A stretch of DNA of 64,000 nucleotides from Phoronis australis (Eukaryota > Animalia > Phoronida). Below the pieces are notes generated by a model. That model saw nothing but the letters and a program-made list of their open reading frames with translations, searched no databases and had not been told where the DNA came from. Both the position numbers and the translations under genes were made by a program. Of this stretch, positions 1-14,168 are shown piece after piece. Numbering within the stretch: the stretch's first letter is position 1; each line of letters starts with the position of its first letter. The DNA lies in the NCBI GenBank assembly GCA_002633005.1, contig NMRA01000026.1, positions 1,260,710 through 1,324,709 on the forward strand, read 5' to 3'.

Positions 1-859
1 TTGTTATATATTGAGCCAATGGCCATGTTTATAAATGCCAATCAAACTCATATTAACAATATTTCATATAGTAAGTGGAATGAACTTAGAATTCAATTAA
101 TTTTCATTCAAAAGATGAGGGTTTAGAGCTTAGAGACAACTGATGCACCAAGTAAAGGCCTTACTGGCTATGACAATTTCAGAATCTAGACACTTGGCAT
201 GTCCTCTTAAGTTTGACACCTGGAAGAGACATGAACAGGTTTTGGTCTCATTGCCATTGTTGTTGCAGTTTGTAAATACGTGCTGCACATGTCAAAAGTA
301 TTCAGACAAAATTACCCAGAATTCCCCACCATGACAGCTGGGCGGAAACCAAATTAATCATGGTAATCTTCCTTCATGACCGGGAATGACCAGGAATTAC
401 AAGACAGTTAGTAAGGTTGCTAAGTCATTCTCTAATTAGAATATTGATGCCACATTAGTCACCACCAGCTTATTTTAGTTTTGAACAGAAATGCCTGTCA
501 TTGTGGACAAACAGTTGACTTAGCCTGGTTACTTTTGCCATATATTGTATACCCTAGGGCAGCAGACTTGCACCTGCCATAAAGCCGACAAATTCCCAGC
601 TGTTTGTCAAGCGCAGCACAGTATTACTAATATGATGGCCAACAGGCATCAACGAGGCAGCACCTGATTGTCTAGAGGCCGGCAAAGAAAAGGCCAGCCA
701 CTTAGTCAAGGGATCATACAATAGCCATCCAGTGCTACCCTCCATGTGTCTGGGTGTCGCTCAGGAACTTTACATTTGTACTGAAAGATTACACATCAAA
801 ACGTATCATTCAAGGTTGGCATTAATGCCGTCACTATCCGTCACTGAAATACGCAATTA

Positions 860-1240
860 CATTGAAAAGGACGCAATTTTCCGCGAACCGGTGCGTCCAG
901 GGGTGACGCAATTACTATCTCAACGAAACGAACCTCAGCTAAGTCAAAATTTGTTTATTTTTGCATTCAGTGAGTTTTACAACTTCGTCAGCAAAAAACT
1001 CTTTGTTCGGGCTTCCTCTAGTGTGACGCAGACAACTGATGCCACTGAAAGGTAAAATTCCAATGATTTAATTGGTCAACCCAGTCCCGTGAGACATCAC
1101 CAGTCAACACACAGTGACCAGACGATAATTCATGAGACTCATACTAGTCAAGCCGATTGCCTTATAAGGAGTTTCATTGGCTGATCCAATATTTATTACG
1201 CCATTCACAACTCCTTATTTTAGGGGCAGGGCGCGAAGTT
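860..1240. promoter_or_regulatory. Candidate promoter/enhancer with CArG box, CRE-like half sites and CCAAT boxes
   Basis: CCTTATAAGG at 1160-1169, TGACGCA at 904 and 1024, ATTGG/CCAAT near 1071, 1177 and 1186. CpG-rich next to a CpG-poor segment on its left. No associated exon identified. Confidence 0.3.
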
Positions 1241-4200
1241 TGTGGTTTTGGAGGGAGTTCTGGTTGACATGCGCATTTAACTTATTCAGTCATGTCATCT
1301 GCTGTGCGAAGAAAATACTTCTTTACAAACCGAGAGATGCTCCAGATACAGGCGTTGACCCAGATTCTAGTACTATGGTACAAATAATCCAGATCCAGAT
1401 CATGGTAAAAACAGAATCCAGAAACACAAATACGCTTGAAATGAACAGGGGACATTTCAAAGTACCAGATTTTTGCTGACAACATCAAACAAAGGCATTT
1501 CTACATATATTCGCTCTAAATTTGAGTAAAGACGGTTATGAACAGGAAGAATGAGTTGGTGACAATTCCGAAAATACTGGAAATGGTATCGTTGCAAACG
1601 TTTGGTATTGTTGCAAACGTCTGCTGCACTCTTGAAATATTGGTTTCAACAAGCCATGATCTCCCATCCAAGTAAATGGAAACGTACGTGGATTCGTTTG
1701 TAGATACATAATTACAGATGGTAGATGAAACCATATGCTGTGCAATTCAATGAGATGAATTAATATTTATAGCTCATTGGTGCACTTTATACATACATGG
1801 TGGACGAAACCATAGATTCGTATGTTGTCGTGCAGTTCTGCAAGAATTCCGGTCGTGTAGTTATCCTGTTAGAAGTTCCATCGTTTTGACGTCAAATTCA
1901 TACAAACATTGCGAGGGTAGTGACCAAAAGAATGCAGTGCAAGTCATGAGAATGACAGAAAAAATAGTAGATAGGCTCATTTGACAAGACTGCCTATGAT
2001 AAAAATGCGACCAAGACTACAAGACTGTACTTCATTCAGACTGTCAACTTCATGGGAATTGAGACAGGGCATTACTGGTGAAAACTTCTCCTCTAGTTAG
2101 ACTTTTTGAACGTTGACATCACTAGAATGAAAATTGCAAATTTCTTTTTGAATGAAATGTTTTCGCAGTTTCAAACACGTTGAAGTAATTGAATAAACAA
2201 ATAGTCAACGACACTTTTTATTTCCACTTCACTATACTAAATGCTATTAGATGGGTAGATACACCACTACAAGGTGCCGCAGCCGCAGCAGCACAAGCGG
2301 ACCGCCTTTGCTGGTGGTAACAAAGCGTGATTGGTCGCTTTTTTTGAAAATTTGGACTCCCAGTTTTGGAATCCTGAGTAAAACCCAGGTTGTCGGGTTT
2401 ATTGTGTTGTATGCCTGAACTAAAGTGAAATGTTTATGCATTTGTTTTCACAAAATATATTTCATTTTGAATTTTTAAATTATGTTACCCTTAATACTTT
2501 AGGAAATTAGGAAGGATAATGAACTTGAACGTAGATTTACAGTGATATTATCGCACAGCTTTTGGATCATTACTGTACTTCATAGCAGAAGGTGTGAATG
2601 CTGATTCCAAATGTACACACCTGACTACTAATAGTTATGCTCAGAGTGACAGGATTAAAGGATATTTGTGAATTCATAATCGTTCATTTTTTCTTCCTCT
2701 GCCATTACATATTAAACATTGCAATGTCTTCTTGTTTTTAGGGTTGTTTTTTGCATTTTTGTTGCTATGGAAATTTCAAACGGAAGTTACTAAGTTGATG
2801 TAAGCGTGCTGGTGATATTGTGAGCGGCCTTCATGCGCATCAGTTGATGCCAATGGATCATCTCGGGCACTATGCTTTCCCGTGTACTTTACCAATTGAA
2901 TTAGGAAAATCTGGAGGTATTTATTGGTTTCAATGTCAACAAATGTAACTAGTGAACTAGTGAACTTGTTGCAGTCACAGATAAATTACTCCAGATTTGA
3001 CATGCTTTGAGTTATCCCGGAAGTGCCTTGTGGTCGGCCATATTAGATAGCAGTTGTGTACCTTTCTCATTATTATAGTATATTGTCGAGGGCTGATTAA
3101 ATGTGCTTGTGGTCCGGAGTTGCCCCATGAGTCAACTCTGGATGGTCTCTCACGACCATTAGCATTATACTGTAGTAGTACAGCGTAGTGCTAAAATGCT
3201 AGGTATTTTCAGTAATTAATGCGCATTTTTTGCCTATGTTCATAATAAAGTTTTCAAACCTTCGCTTTGGCTTTTACTGACAATCTCTTTTGTCGAAATA
3301 ATCTCATCTCACGAGCCTTGCTTGACGGGGCCACAGAAGTTATCAAAGAGTAGAACAACACTCACAGTTTAGGTAAGTAGGTACATGCAATGCCTTTTGA
3401 TACTTGGATCATATTTGACTCGTTTTCGTCAGTGCTATGGTTTGCTATGTTTTTTTAGAAAAATTGCCAAGAGGCAAGATCATACATGATTAGGGCAAAA
3501 CAAGGTTGACATGTACGGAAAATAAACATTCAAAATTCATACCTGTTCTGCCTTTGCTAAATACAGCCATAGCTTCCTCCATGTCGCAAACTTGTTAATG
3601 TCACTGAAAACAAAAGACATTTCAGGACTTGCATAGCGAGAAACAAGAGGGGACCTGTACTTGTGAAACTGCATTTCCGTAGTTCCCGCCATCTTAGTTG
3701 ACTGGGTTGCCACCTTTTGTCACTTTTCTAAAACGTCTCAAAAGACTAGTACCCGAGTTGGTCTGCGACAGCAGATTTTTTGAGAAGTGCTTAATGTAAA
3801 AAAGTTCCGAAAGACAGTAAATACGTATCGCTTAAGAGAAGGTGCTCACTCGTTAACTGCAAATTTATGCCCAAACTTACACGAAATCTAATCATTTTCT
3901 ACGATACGTAGTACCTGGGAGTAGTACCCTGGATGTAAAGACATTACTTCAATAGGCTACTCCGAGGTATCTGTATCACCTGAATAATAAAATCAGTGCA
4001 TACGGGAGAATACAAATGTTTTCTGTTTCATTGGCAGTCGTCGTTGGAAGCGTAATAAGGAAAAGAACACAGTCCATTAGAAATATGCTTTGGCCGGGTA
4101 AATTTGCACTTAATGACCCCGGCACTAAGGCTAAAACTTTGAGCCTACACTACTTCAAATTTTTACTCAAAATCTCGAGATTTTACTCTACGTGACATCA

Positions 4201-5019
4201 AGTGCGAACTTGGACTAAAAATACATATGCATAGGCCATGTATTCGAGCACAGACTAATAGACAAAGACTTATCTTGAGTTCGCACAGAAATAGAATAGA
4301 AAATGCCGAAAATAATTTCAACTACAAAGATTAGACATTTGCACTACAAAGTAAATGTATTTCGTGTTCACAAGTGCAGTGTTTACTTATACTCACGTGC
4401 AAATTTACTTTTGCACCAGCTCCGAAGGCAGTTCAAATTTGCCCTTGATGTAAAATTTTGCATGCGTGTATTTGCGTCCATGTGACAAATAAAATACACA
4501 CAGTAAATAAAATACTTACGTGCAATTCATTTACGTGTTGTATGTGCAAATGAGTAGTTGTGAACGGGCCTTAGTTTATTCCCGTGTGGTTTAACCCGCG
4601 GCGATCATTGCGATTTTAGAACACTGACTTGTTTGATTTACTCAACTTTAGAGAATGTCAACGGAATTTTTATTTTAAACTCACTATAAATTAGTTCTTG
4701 TACTTTTGAAAAACATGTTGTTAATGTTGTGTAAGACCTTTTCGACTATCCGGTGTATTAAGCCAAATCTATACATAACCATAAAGTTTGACTCGACAAA
4801 AGTTTGTATTTTCTGAAAGTAGAAAGGCTTTGGAATTTGATATTTTACTGTATACCAATCTACTATTACTTGGATCACGTGACCGTGTGTTTTAGGAAAA
4901 TTTGGCTAAAAAATGGAACGTCGTTAGCAAAGCAACAGTATCAATAACACGACCCAATTTCGTTCGGTTTATACATGTTCGAGATGAGATCTAAAACACT
5001 GCTACCGTTTTCTAACTCA

Positions 5020-5280
5020 TTATTTCGTTTTCGAAGTATACAGATTTAGATTTTTTTCATAAAAAATCATATAAGTCCAATTTTTGATAGCCTCTTATGC
5101 AAAAGTGGAAAACTTTAAAAACAATTTCGAACAGCGCAATGTGGAAAATAGTGCATAAAGTATTGTATCTCAAATTTTTATATTAAGAATCCAATCGGCC
5201 ATTTCTGACTAGATGTATTGTTCCGATGGTTGCTAGATTTTTTTCATTTTTCGAAGGCTCTGCGTAGTCAACGTTAAATT
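5020..5280 (+). repeat. Old dispersed repeat, homologous to 42800-43050
   Basis: tatgcaaaagtggaaaactttaaaaa..gaaaatagtgcataaag..aatccaatcggccattt..gttccgatg matches catgcaaaagtggaacattttaaaaa..gaacagtgcataagg..aatctgatcagccattt..gttccgaag. Confidence 0.55.
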
Positions 5281-7706
5281 CTTCACAGACGTATTTCCCC
5301 CCCTAGTCAACGGCATAGTGTTGTTTGTACTGAAATATTGGTTACACGATATCTCTTAGAATTGCTGTGACCGCCATTAAGTGCCTTGACCACTGACGGG
5401 CTAACCCGCCGTGGCAAACCATTAAGTCATCGTGCCTGTTGTAGAACAATAACAACCTGTCAGTTTGTCTCAAGCAAGCCTAGAAATCATTTCAAATCAG
5501 AGTAAGGAACGAAATAGCGCCAATTTTATTGCAGTGTCTAATTAAAAACTTTTTGACAGAAATCGGTGGCTCGTTGTCCCTTTAATTTTATGCTGAATGT
5601 ACTAATAAGACGGTTGATAGTTCCGCTTCAAGCTGGGATTAGGAATGTGTTTCTGACTGGAGACGTATCACAACAAGCGTGTTAAGATATGATAAAATAT
5701 GAAAAAATAGTCATTTATCGCCAATATTAAGCTAAAACGCGTGTTTGTGGCTTACGGAGAAGATTAATCAGCATATGAATTTAAATCATTTTTAAAAGTG
5801 CGAAAGCTAAAAATTGCACAGAATGGACAGAAGGCAAACCGTATACAAACCTACACATACGTGCTTTCTAAAGCTGTCTTCCTGAGAGCGGACACTGGCA
5901 ACAGGCATGTAGGACACGCGATCTTTGTTCCTACTGCATTCCTCAATAGGCCCGGTTGCATGGCACGTAGCTCAAGGGAAGACCAACAAGTTACTTTCGT
6001 GTGTGTGTNGCCATTTTTGCGGTAAAAACATGTTTACAAACCTTTTCGATAGTCAAAATTAAAAACTTGGACAGTTAAGAGATAATAATCACAGGCGGGT
6101 TTGAGATGTCTCTAGGGGACGCTGAAACACAATTTTAGAAGGAAAATGACTAAACACTTAATCGGCATGTCGACGGCGTATTTTTGTTGCTTATGTCCGT
6201 ATGGGACGGGGCCCCTTAAATCCACCTGCGATCACGACATGTTCGTTTGTTCATTGCCAGATCATGAAAAGTTCGTTTTACTTATTTGCTGTTGTACACC
6301 ACATATATTTACAGACACCTGTTGTAAGAGTAATTATGTATAGGACAGTGTCACATGTCGCGAGACGGACACAGCACTACGAGGAGTCGCCTGACTTAGA
6401 ACTTTATCGAACATGTTAAAACTTATAGCAATGACAAACGATGTAATCTGCTACAGATTTTTAAATATATGTATCGAGCGTCCATTGTCCAATGTTTTAC
6501 TTGTGTCGTATTACACCTCTACAATCGTTTTAGAAGCACGGCAGTCGTACTGATTTTCATCTGAATACGCCCATTTCTGTACATTAATTACATCACTGCA
6601 AATTATCTTGGAATAGTCGAAAGATTTGTCTTCTACAGTCGCACACAACATTAGTGCTTCATAACCAAAGGGAAATAACCGAACGACGCCTAGGGTTCAA
6701 TGCATTAGAATCATTGATATTCTTACCATTCATTGAAAATAAAAAATGAATCTTTGCAAGAATGTAAATTTAAGCAAACTCGAGTCCACTTTGGATGCAC
6801 AAAAGCGTGCTCAATAGTTTTCGTTTTGAAATCCTTAGAGAGTTTGTAGAATGGCGATGAACGAAAATAAATGATGAACTCGAATAAAAGAATTCCAGTC
6901 ACTTGCATATCATTGCTGATTTCCTTTTTAATGCTTAATTACGAAACGCAAGACTGACAAAAATCGACATCACTTTTTTGGCAAATCTAGAATGTCCGAT
7001 GGGGTCAACTACAATTTTCGAAGTGAAAATGTTCGCGTTTTTTGTCGTATCCGAAGGAAGGGGTTGGTCTGGGCTCCGCTAAATAGTTCTATGATCAAAT
7101 TATTATTATTCGAAGGGACAAACTATTAGACGAGCAACCCGCAGTGCATTGGTGCTAATTCTACTAAATTTAGCGAACGTTTGACGAAGTTTAAAGAGGC
7201 TGTGTGCCCATTGTAACAAGTTCCGTCGTAAAGAAAGTTGATTACAATTGCGTATTAAAGCTGTATTAAACCCATACACTTGCTTTAGGCGACTGACCGT
7301 TGTAAAATGGTCTTGTCTTTTCCTTCCTCAGTTTAGATGTGATGGGTTTGGGAAAAACTGACAGCTCGTAATGACGTCAGACCAGGCTTAATACAGACAG
7401 TTCAGACTAGAAAGTTCGAGATACTGACACTTTATTTTTGTATAGTCGAATTATTGTAACCAACTTCAATTATGCCCTTTGACAAGAGGGCAATTATGCT
7501 GTTTTGGAAGCTTAAATATGCCTGGGAACTCGAAAGTTGCTTTGGACACGTGATCATGGTTTATAGCCGCTTGTAAGGTTCATTATCGTCTTTACGGCCT
7601 AAAAACGCATTTCTGGGATTACTGCTGGACGGTGTCAGACTTTTGATGTTATTAGCTCTGAAAAATCCCTTGTGTTGTTGCGATCTTATAACAACTCGCT
7701 AATTTT

Positions 7707-7872
7707 CGTTGTTATCTGCCAGACATTCGCTGAAATCAAGAAAGGTGACTACCAGTTAAATATATTTAAAAGGCTCTTCCATTTGTCGAGGGACATTTAA
7801 CTCCGGGGCGTGTGACTTCGAACGCGAATATTTCGCGTTCAAATCCGCACTGGGATTGGTCTCAGAAAATCA
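7707..7872 (+). mobile_element. tRNA-derived SINE-like repeat fragment
   Basis: B-box GTTCAAATCC near 7837. Colinear with 24186-24323 joined to 24709-24742. Confidence 0.45.
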
Positions 7873-10056
7873 TTTTTCTGACCGATAATGTCACTGTAAC
7901 GAATTGTGCGTACGTTTCATACTCAACCACTCGCCTCCTTATTTCAGAATAACGTTAAAATGGAACACAGCACATGGAAACATTTTTATGGATTTAAGGT
8001 GTCTTTAAACGCTATTTTTAAATAATTTTCATGTATCATCGCTGAAAGTATAACAGTTGTACCCAAATATCGCTGCAAGTTCGTAGAACAAACGCAGTTA
8101 AATATTTAAAATTCACTCAGAAGTTCGAAACTCTGCAGAAAACAAATTGTCTGGGTGTGATATGTCAATGAATTCGAAAAATTTTTGCTAAAACTATTGG
8201 TTATTAATTTTAACTGTCTGCGCAAAGAGAAGTCTCAAAGAAGGAGGCACAGATGTATGATGACAGCCAGATGATTCTTTTCTTGACCATTAGAACAATT
8301 ATAGTTCGAAATTAATGAGTAATTCATTTTTTGAAGTGTGTTAGCAGTGTGTGTAAGTCAAAAAACAACGGGTGGTTTGTGTAATTAAACAAAATGGATT
8401 GGGATGTTAATTATGAATGTCTTTGAATATAATCTCATATTATCATGTGATGCTTGTTCGTAGTTGAACTACAGACTACAGAACTGCAGTGAAAGGATTG
8501 TATACGTATTGTTTAAATATTTCAATTTATTTACCTTGCAGATGAAACTCCAATAAATAAAATGGTTATCTTGTTCTTCAACAAAATGTTTGGGTGTTAT
8601 CTCATCAAATATCGAGGATCCGTAATTCTAAAAATGATTAAAGAGTATTTCAGTATTTTTAGTGGCATTTTTATAACTGCAAGTTAAATGCCTCATTTTT
8701 GCGACAGACGCAACTGGTATTTCGAAGGCATCTCCCAGTTAGCTTCAGACTGTTGGTGTACATGACTCATTTGCTCCTACCGTGTATTTAAATACTGTTA
8801 ATATGCTGACAGAAATTACGCTGAATGCAGCGAACGCTAATAGCTGACCACGTGACCTCCGTCTAGAATATAACAAATAAATACGAATACAATGCAACGT
8901 TGTCTGTAATTTGCTGTGCTTTGTAAAAGGGAAATGTCCCCTACGTGGTGACCAGCGAAGAACAGTATCAACCAAGGAATGATGATTATTTGCATTACGT
9001 AATTTCATCCAAATTTCTTAATGTGTTACAAAAGGAAAAGTTTTGCAGGAAAATTGTAAATTAAAACTTTAATAAGCACACAATACAGATTATATCCCTA
9101 TTACAAAAAATTAAAATTCTGATTTTCTCACAACTGTATATTTTTATAATAAAAAGATGCAGACATCCTCAGAAATACAAAGAATTATGTTGAGTCTTTT
9201 GTAACAGATTTAAGAGAAAATTGATTGGAAATCGTCGACTGACATTCTTTTATAATCTGTCTCCCGTAAAGGTTGTGCCCCTGAATTTATACTGAATTTG
9301 TAACTCATGGATTGTACAACAGCTCCCAAATACTAAACTGTGCAATTTGACCTTGACTACTTTTTATTTTTTTCTGGTCGGAAATGGCTGTTAATCGTGA
9401 CGGTTTATTTTTCAGGCACTGTGCTGAGTCCGAAGTATTAACACTGCGGGAAATTCTAGCCTGGTGCATTGTAAATTGCTTGGTGAAATAGGTCAAACGC
9501 GAATACACATGCGCAACTAACGATACTAAGGCAATCTACTTATGCACAGCTCGTATCAGTGAGAGAGTGGAGATAAATGATTGCAGATGGAGAGGTTATT
9601 CCTAACTAAATGTTTAACTTTGACATAACGGTCAACTCTCGCTTATAGGGATACACAGTATACAGAATGATTTGGGGTCTAGAAGAATCACTGCGGTATG
9701 AATTACGACGTTCTGACAAATTCTTGACCTGTTTTAGACCGCTGTCTGTTCTTATGACCCGGGACTATTATGAGGGCGATCATTATTTTTCACTCCGCTG
9801 TAATATGAACTCCCTGTTATATTGTTAATTTTTATCAAACACTAATAACTAAAAGGTTATCTATAGCTAGCAACAAAGTATGGTTAGACATCGTGTTTCA
9901 TCTGTTTACACTTTCAGCACTCGTTTAAAAACACTGGCTTGTGGATTTTTGCGTGTAATTTCGGTGCCACTTATGAACCCGAGGAAAGTTGGGTTCTGAG
10001 TTATGGAATCTGAAATGAATTTACAGTAACGCCTCTAGAATAAGTACTTTGCACTT

Positions 10057-10491
10057 GCGGCTGTACTTCGACCTGGTTAGCTAGCTAAGAAAACGAAAAC
10101 AGAATATGGTATTTATCAAAAATCGGTCTCATAATATTCCTCAGTTACAGCAGTAGGATTCTACGTGTATTTCCACTATTCAATTTTCATTTTTGAGCCA
10201 TCTAAATAGATCGAAACGCAGCTTTAAACGTGGAATTGGTGCTTTATTAATACAAAATGAAATTTTGTCGCGCGAAAAAACACACAACAAAAACAACTAT
10301 GAACATCCAGTCACAGTCCTCACTTGATTTTTCATTGGGTATAACCAGGTTGTCTGTAACTCGGAGTTAGTAAGTGAATTGGAACCCTAGTCACGGTAAA
10401 GAATATCACGAGACCGATTTTATGAGAGTAAAAGACCAAATTCGATTTTCGTTTTTTTTAGCCAGCTAAACAGGGCGAAATGCAATTTTAA
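10057..10491. mobile_element. Long-TIR MITE family ending ..AGCTAAACAGGGCGAAATGCAGCTTTAA (Kolobok-like), copy 1
   Basis: Left arm gctgtacttcgacctggttagctagctaagaaaacgaaaa..aaaatcggtctc is the reverse complement of right arm gagaccgatttt..ttttcgttttttttagccagctaaacagggcgaaatgcaattttaa. Confidence 0.7.
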
Positions 10492-11090
10492 GCATAGTGC
10501 CCTGAAGACAGTTGGCGTCGACAGACTTGATTTCAATGTTCACCAACAACAGCAAGCAAACCAAATTCAGTTACGAAAATTTTAAAGCTTAACACTGAAA
10601 ACCTAAACAATTGGATAATATAATTTGCGTAAACACAGACGACAACGTTACCTGCCAACATTTTAAACCATGAGCAGATTAGTTATGTATACCAAAAAAA
10701 ATAAAGGAGAACGACGCAATATTTCTACGGACCTACCATTAATTACCATGGCATAAGAGGACAAAGCATTGGAATATTCAATATTACACCATGCTTCGGT
10801 GCACTCCGGTTGATTTATTGTTTATTCATTAATGTCTTGTATGTTAACATTCAGTTTGGGTTTAATCCAATTGTTAATCATTGGCATCGGTGATTTTTAA
10901 CTTTAAATAGATCGACTGTATCTTAATTTCTCTTTGAAAAATACGCATTTGATAACTACACAATAAAATTTAAATAATGCAGGCATAAATTGTTAATTTG
11001 TTTTTGTTCAACTTTTATGTTTCAATATATCGAAAAAGTTAGAATACCGTTCCACAGCTAAATCAGTAGTTTAACGTAAATTAAAACAAC

Positions 11091-11394
11091 GCTGCATTTC
11101 GTCCCGGAAGCGCTTTGGGATTTTCAAACATCACCACGCTCATCGGATCTTGAGTTGCTGCCTAAGTCAAAGGCAATGCGTACGTGCACCATTTTCGAGT
11201 CCGCAATTTAAGACTGGCCAACCCCAATAATCTCTGAAGCCTTTTCCTGTATCGCTGATGGTTTCGATGTTTTTGTTGGTAACGGAAATGGATTCTATGC
11301 CGGGAAGGAATATTATAAGACTGATTTTATGAGAGTAAAAGGCCAATTTGGGTTTCGATTTTAGACAGCTAAACAAGACGAAATATAGGTTTAA
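11091..11394. mobile_element. Same long-TIR MITE family, copy 2
   Basis: gctgcatttcgtccc ... gactgattttatgagagtaaaaggccaa..ttagacagctaaacaagacgaaatataggtttaa. Confidence 0.65.
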
Positions 11395-12551
11395 CGACAA
11401 AGGTACAAGAGCTGTATTCATACTTATGGACGGCCATGGTCTTTCCACAAAGCGACATGTATTTACTGCTGGATTTCAAACTCTATGTCGCTTAGAAACT
11501 GTCATGTTGTGTGACTACTTTTCGTCAAATCAAAAATAAACATCGAACTTTTATTAATTAACACAACTGCCTTTGAAATATTAAAAATATATACTAAAAT
11601 GTTACTATAAGTCACGTAACGTATCAAACCCGTAGTCATACTGTGCATGCCACGAAATATATACCATGACGGAGATTTAACATGGAGTTGATATGTCTTT
11701 AGAAGTACTGCATAATAATTGAGATTAATTTGACATTTAATTATGTGATACATTTTAACAATTGTCTGCCTTTCATTCTTGGCAAAATGAACAGTTTGTA
11801 CTTTGCAAGTTCCAAACCAATCCAGAAAATAATGATTTGGAGCAAGAAAGAACTTACGTCACTCAAAGTGATCACACACAAAAATTACTTTAAAATACTG
11901 GTATTAGTTATTATAATACACTATTTTTTGATTAACTTTTTTAGTAAAAACCAACAGCTGTATGAAACATTTGAAATGTCTTTGTCCACTGAAATTAAAG
12001 ACAGGAAACGTTCTTGAAACCTTTATATTTAATAACGGCCATGCAATGGTACAAATACAAATACGTTTTTCGATTCAAATCTAAGAAAACACCTCAAACA
12101 GACCAAATCACTAAGATCTAACATCGCTACTTTTTCTAAAATCAATAAATCTGTAAACAAATATTTATCCCACTATATGTAACATGTATTGCAAGTAATA
12201 TGAACCACAACAAAATGACACCAATAATTCATATGTTGGCTATTTAGTTCTTTAGCAAACCCTCCAAAAAGACCCAAAATTGCAACTACAAAATAACATA
12301 ATAAAAATTATTTAAAATGAGATGCCTCACTGAATATGTCAAACAGTCTAAATGTTTTTGTATTTTTTATCCATGGCGACTATCCACAAAACCCCAAAGG
12401 AAAGTACTAAAACTGAAAGAGTAGAATAGGTTACTTACCTTAAAATAGATTTAAGCGACCAAGTTTTATAGATAGAAATTGGCAAAATGGATACTTTTTA
12501 GTCGATCACAAACAATTACCATAACAAGAATAGTGAAGAAATAATAGATAT

Positions 12552-14168
12552 TTACGAATCGACGTCTTCTCTCTTGCGGAAGAACCCTTCCCCTGTGGCG
12601 CACTCGCGAATTGTTACCGTGAAATGATCGTTCGAGACGTCTGTGATCAATACCTTGTCCCGTAAAGGCAAAGTTTCAGGGGCCGGCTTCCAGTATTTCA
12701 CGTTTTCCAATGACTTTAATCCCGGGGGATGAAGCAAGGCAGGTAAGTTTTCTTGATCCGACCATCCGTCTTGAAACTTACGCTGACCAACTTTAGATGC
12801 CGTGAGTACGCCACCAGTTAACGGATTTGAGGAGTCGAGGGAGCTATCATTTTCCATGGCGATTTCACTTTTAACACGGTTGGAAATACTGTGTAAGCGG
12901 CGTGGTTCCTTAGATCTGAAATCCTTTCTCTCCAGGGGTGGTAACTTTATTTTTATTTTGTTTTTAGAACCCGGAGGTCGCCCTGGTCTTCTTTTCTGGA
13001 CTTTCAAAGGCTTTTTCACGAAGTTGAAACTTTTCGGTTTATTTTTACTCCCAGGAGGCCGACCGCGTCGCTTGGGTATTTTCGGCTCATGAATGACAAA
13101 TTTCTTAGCCGGACGACGGTTGGGAACTCCCGGCGGACGCCCTCGCTTTCTCTTGGGCGGCTGAGCTGGGTCGACATTTATTGCACTGGGACCAGCACTC
13201 GTTGAAGGAACATCAGAAGTGGTATGTCTCTTAACCTGATGTTCGCCACTTTTAGCATCTTTACGAGTGGAAGTTTCCCCGGCTTCGAGAAATCCTGAGT
13301 TTTTCTCAGTGTCAACATTCGGCGAGACTGGTTCATTTTTCACATCAATTTTCACCGTTTCGTTATCTTTACTATCCGATTCGTCTAGCTCGGGGTCACT
13401 ATTGCATATCGTATCACTATCAGACGACTCCTAAAATTTCAAAACAATGTGTATCTTATGTCTACGACATACACGAAAACATTCAAAAACGGGAAGGGTC
13501 AAAATAAGTCACCTTTGTCTTAATCAAGGCAAATTAACTAAGACGAGTGTTTATCTTCCCATTAAATTTATCATTAAATAATAAATTGAATAAAATAAAT
13601 GATTTTTTACCTACCTTTATCTTAAATTTTTTTGGCTTTGGACCACGTTTTCGACCAGGATAGGGCAGTATTGGATTTCTGAAATTGAAATGGAGGCAAA
13701 ATGTCCAGATTTGGCAGAGCTACAGATGTTTTTTCAACGCCGAGTAATATTAGGACGCAGCTAAAATATGCGCCATTTTGTAGAAATACAAATATTCACA
13801 TACCTCCGATGGAAATCAGCCACCAAGCGAGCGTCAAGAATGTTTCCTTCGGGTTCCCAAGTGTTGTGTCTATAAGAAGAGACATCCAGCTTTCAAACCA
13901 TGTTAAGTTTAGGCAGCAATTCGAAAGAGAAATACCTTAAACATCAGCTTAATTCTACGTAATATTTACTCACCGCAGGCTCCATCCCTTCCACTTGACG
14001 AGAAACTCCACGCGACCCTACAAAAGAATGAAAGATTTGAGTACCTCATCTCGTGCCCACAACTCCTGAATTTCCACGACACATCAGTCAATATATTACC
14101 CTTCTAATTCTCTTTCTGAGCAGCTTTTCGGCGGCGAAAACACGAGTACCAATGTCGTGGAGTTCCAT
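12552..14168 (-). CDS. CBX: Polycomb/chromobox protein (Pc-class CBX, PRC1 subunit), paralog A; 5 coding exons, about 373 aa
   Basis: Exons read by hand with GT..AG boundaries: 14100-14168 (MELHDIGTRVFAAEKLLRKRIRR), 13974-14017 (GRVEFLVKWKGWSL), 13804-13869 (RHNTWEPEGNILDARLVADFHR), 13615-13678 (RNPILPYPGRKRGPKPKKFKIK), 12552-13430 (in frame with track ORF 12552..13355). Total 1122 nt with no internal stop. Chromodomain has an F/W/W aromatic cage, followed by an RKRGPKPK AT-hook-like motif, three GRP AT-hooks and a C-terminal Pc-box (VLITDVSNDHFTVTIRECATGEGFF). Confidence 0.95.

Noticed and set aside
732-1745. Cluster of 68-107 aa ORFs near the left edge
   Set aside because: No recognisable protein motifs or consistent exon chain.
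12802-13092. Plus-strand ORF overlapping CBX A (and 40107..40322, 40450..40632 over CBX B)
   Set aside because: Antisense shadows of the real coding exons.
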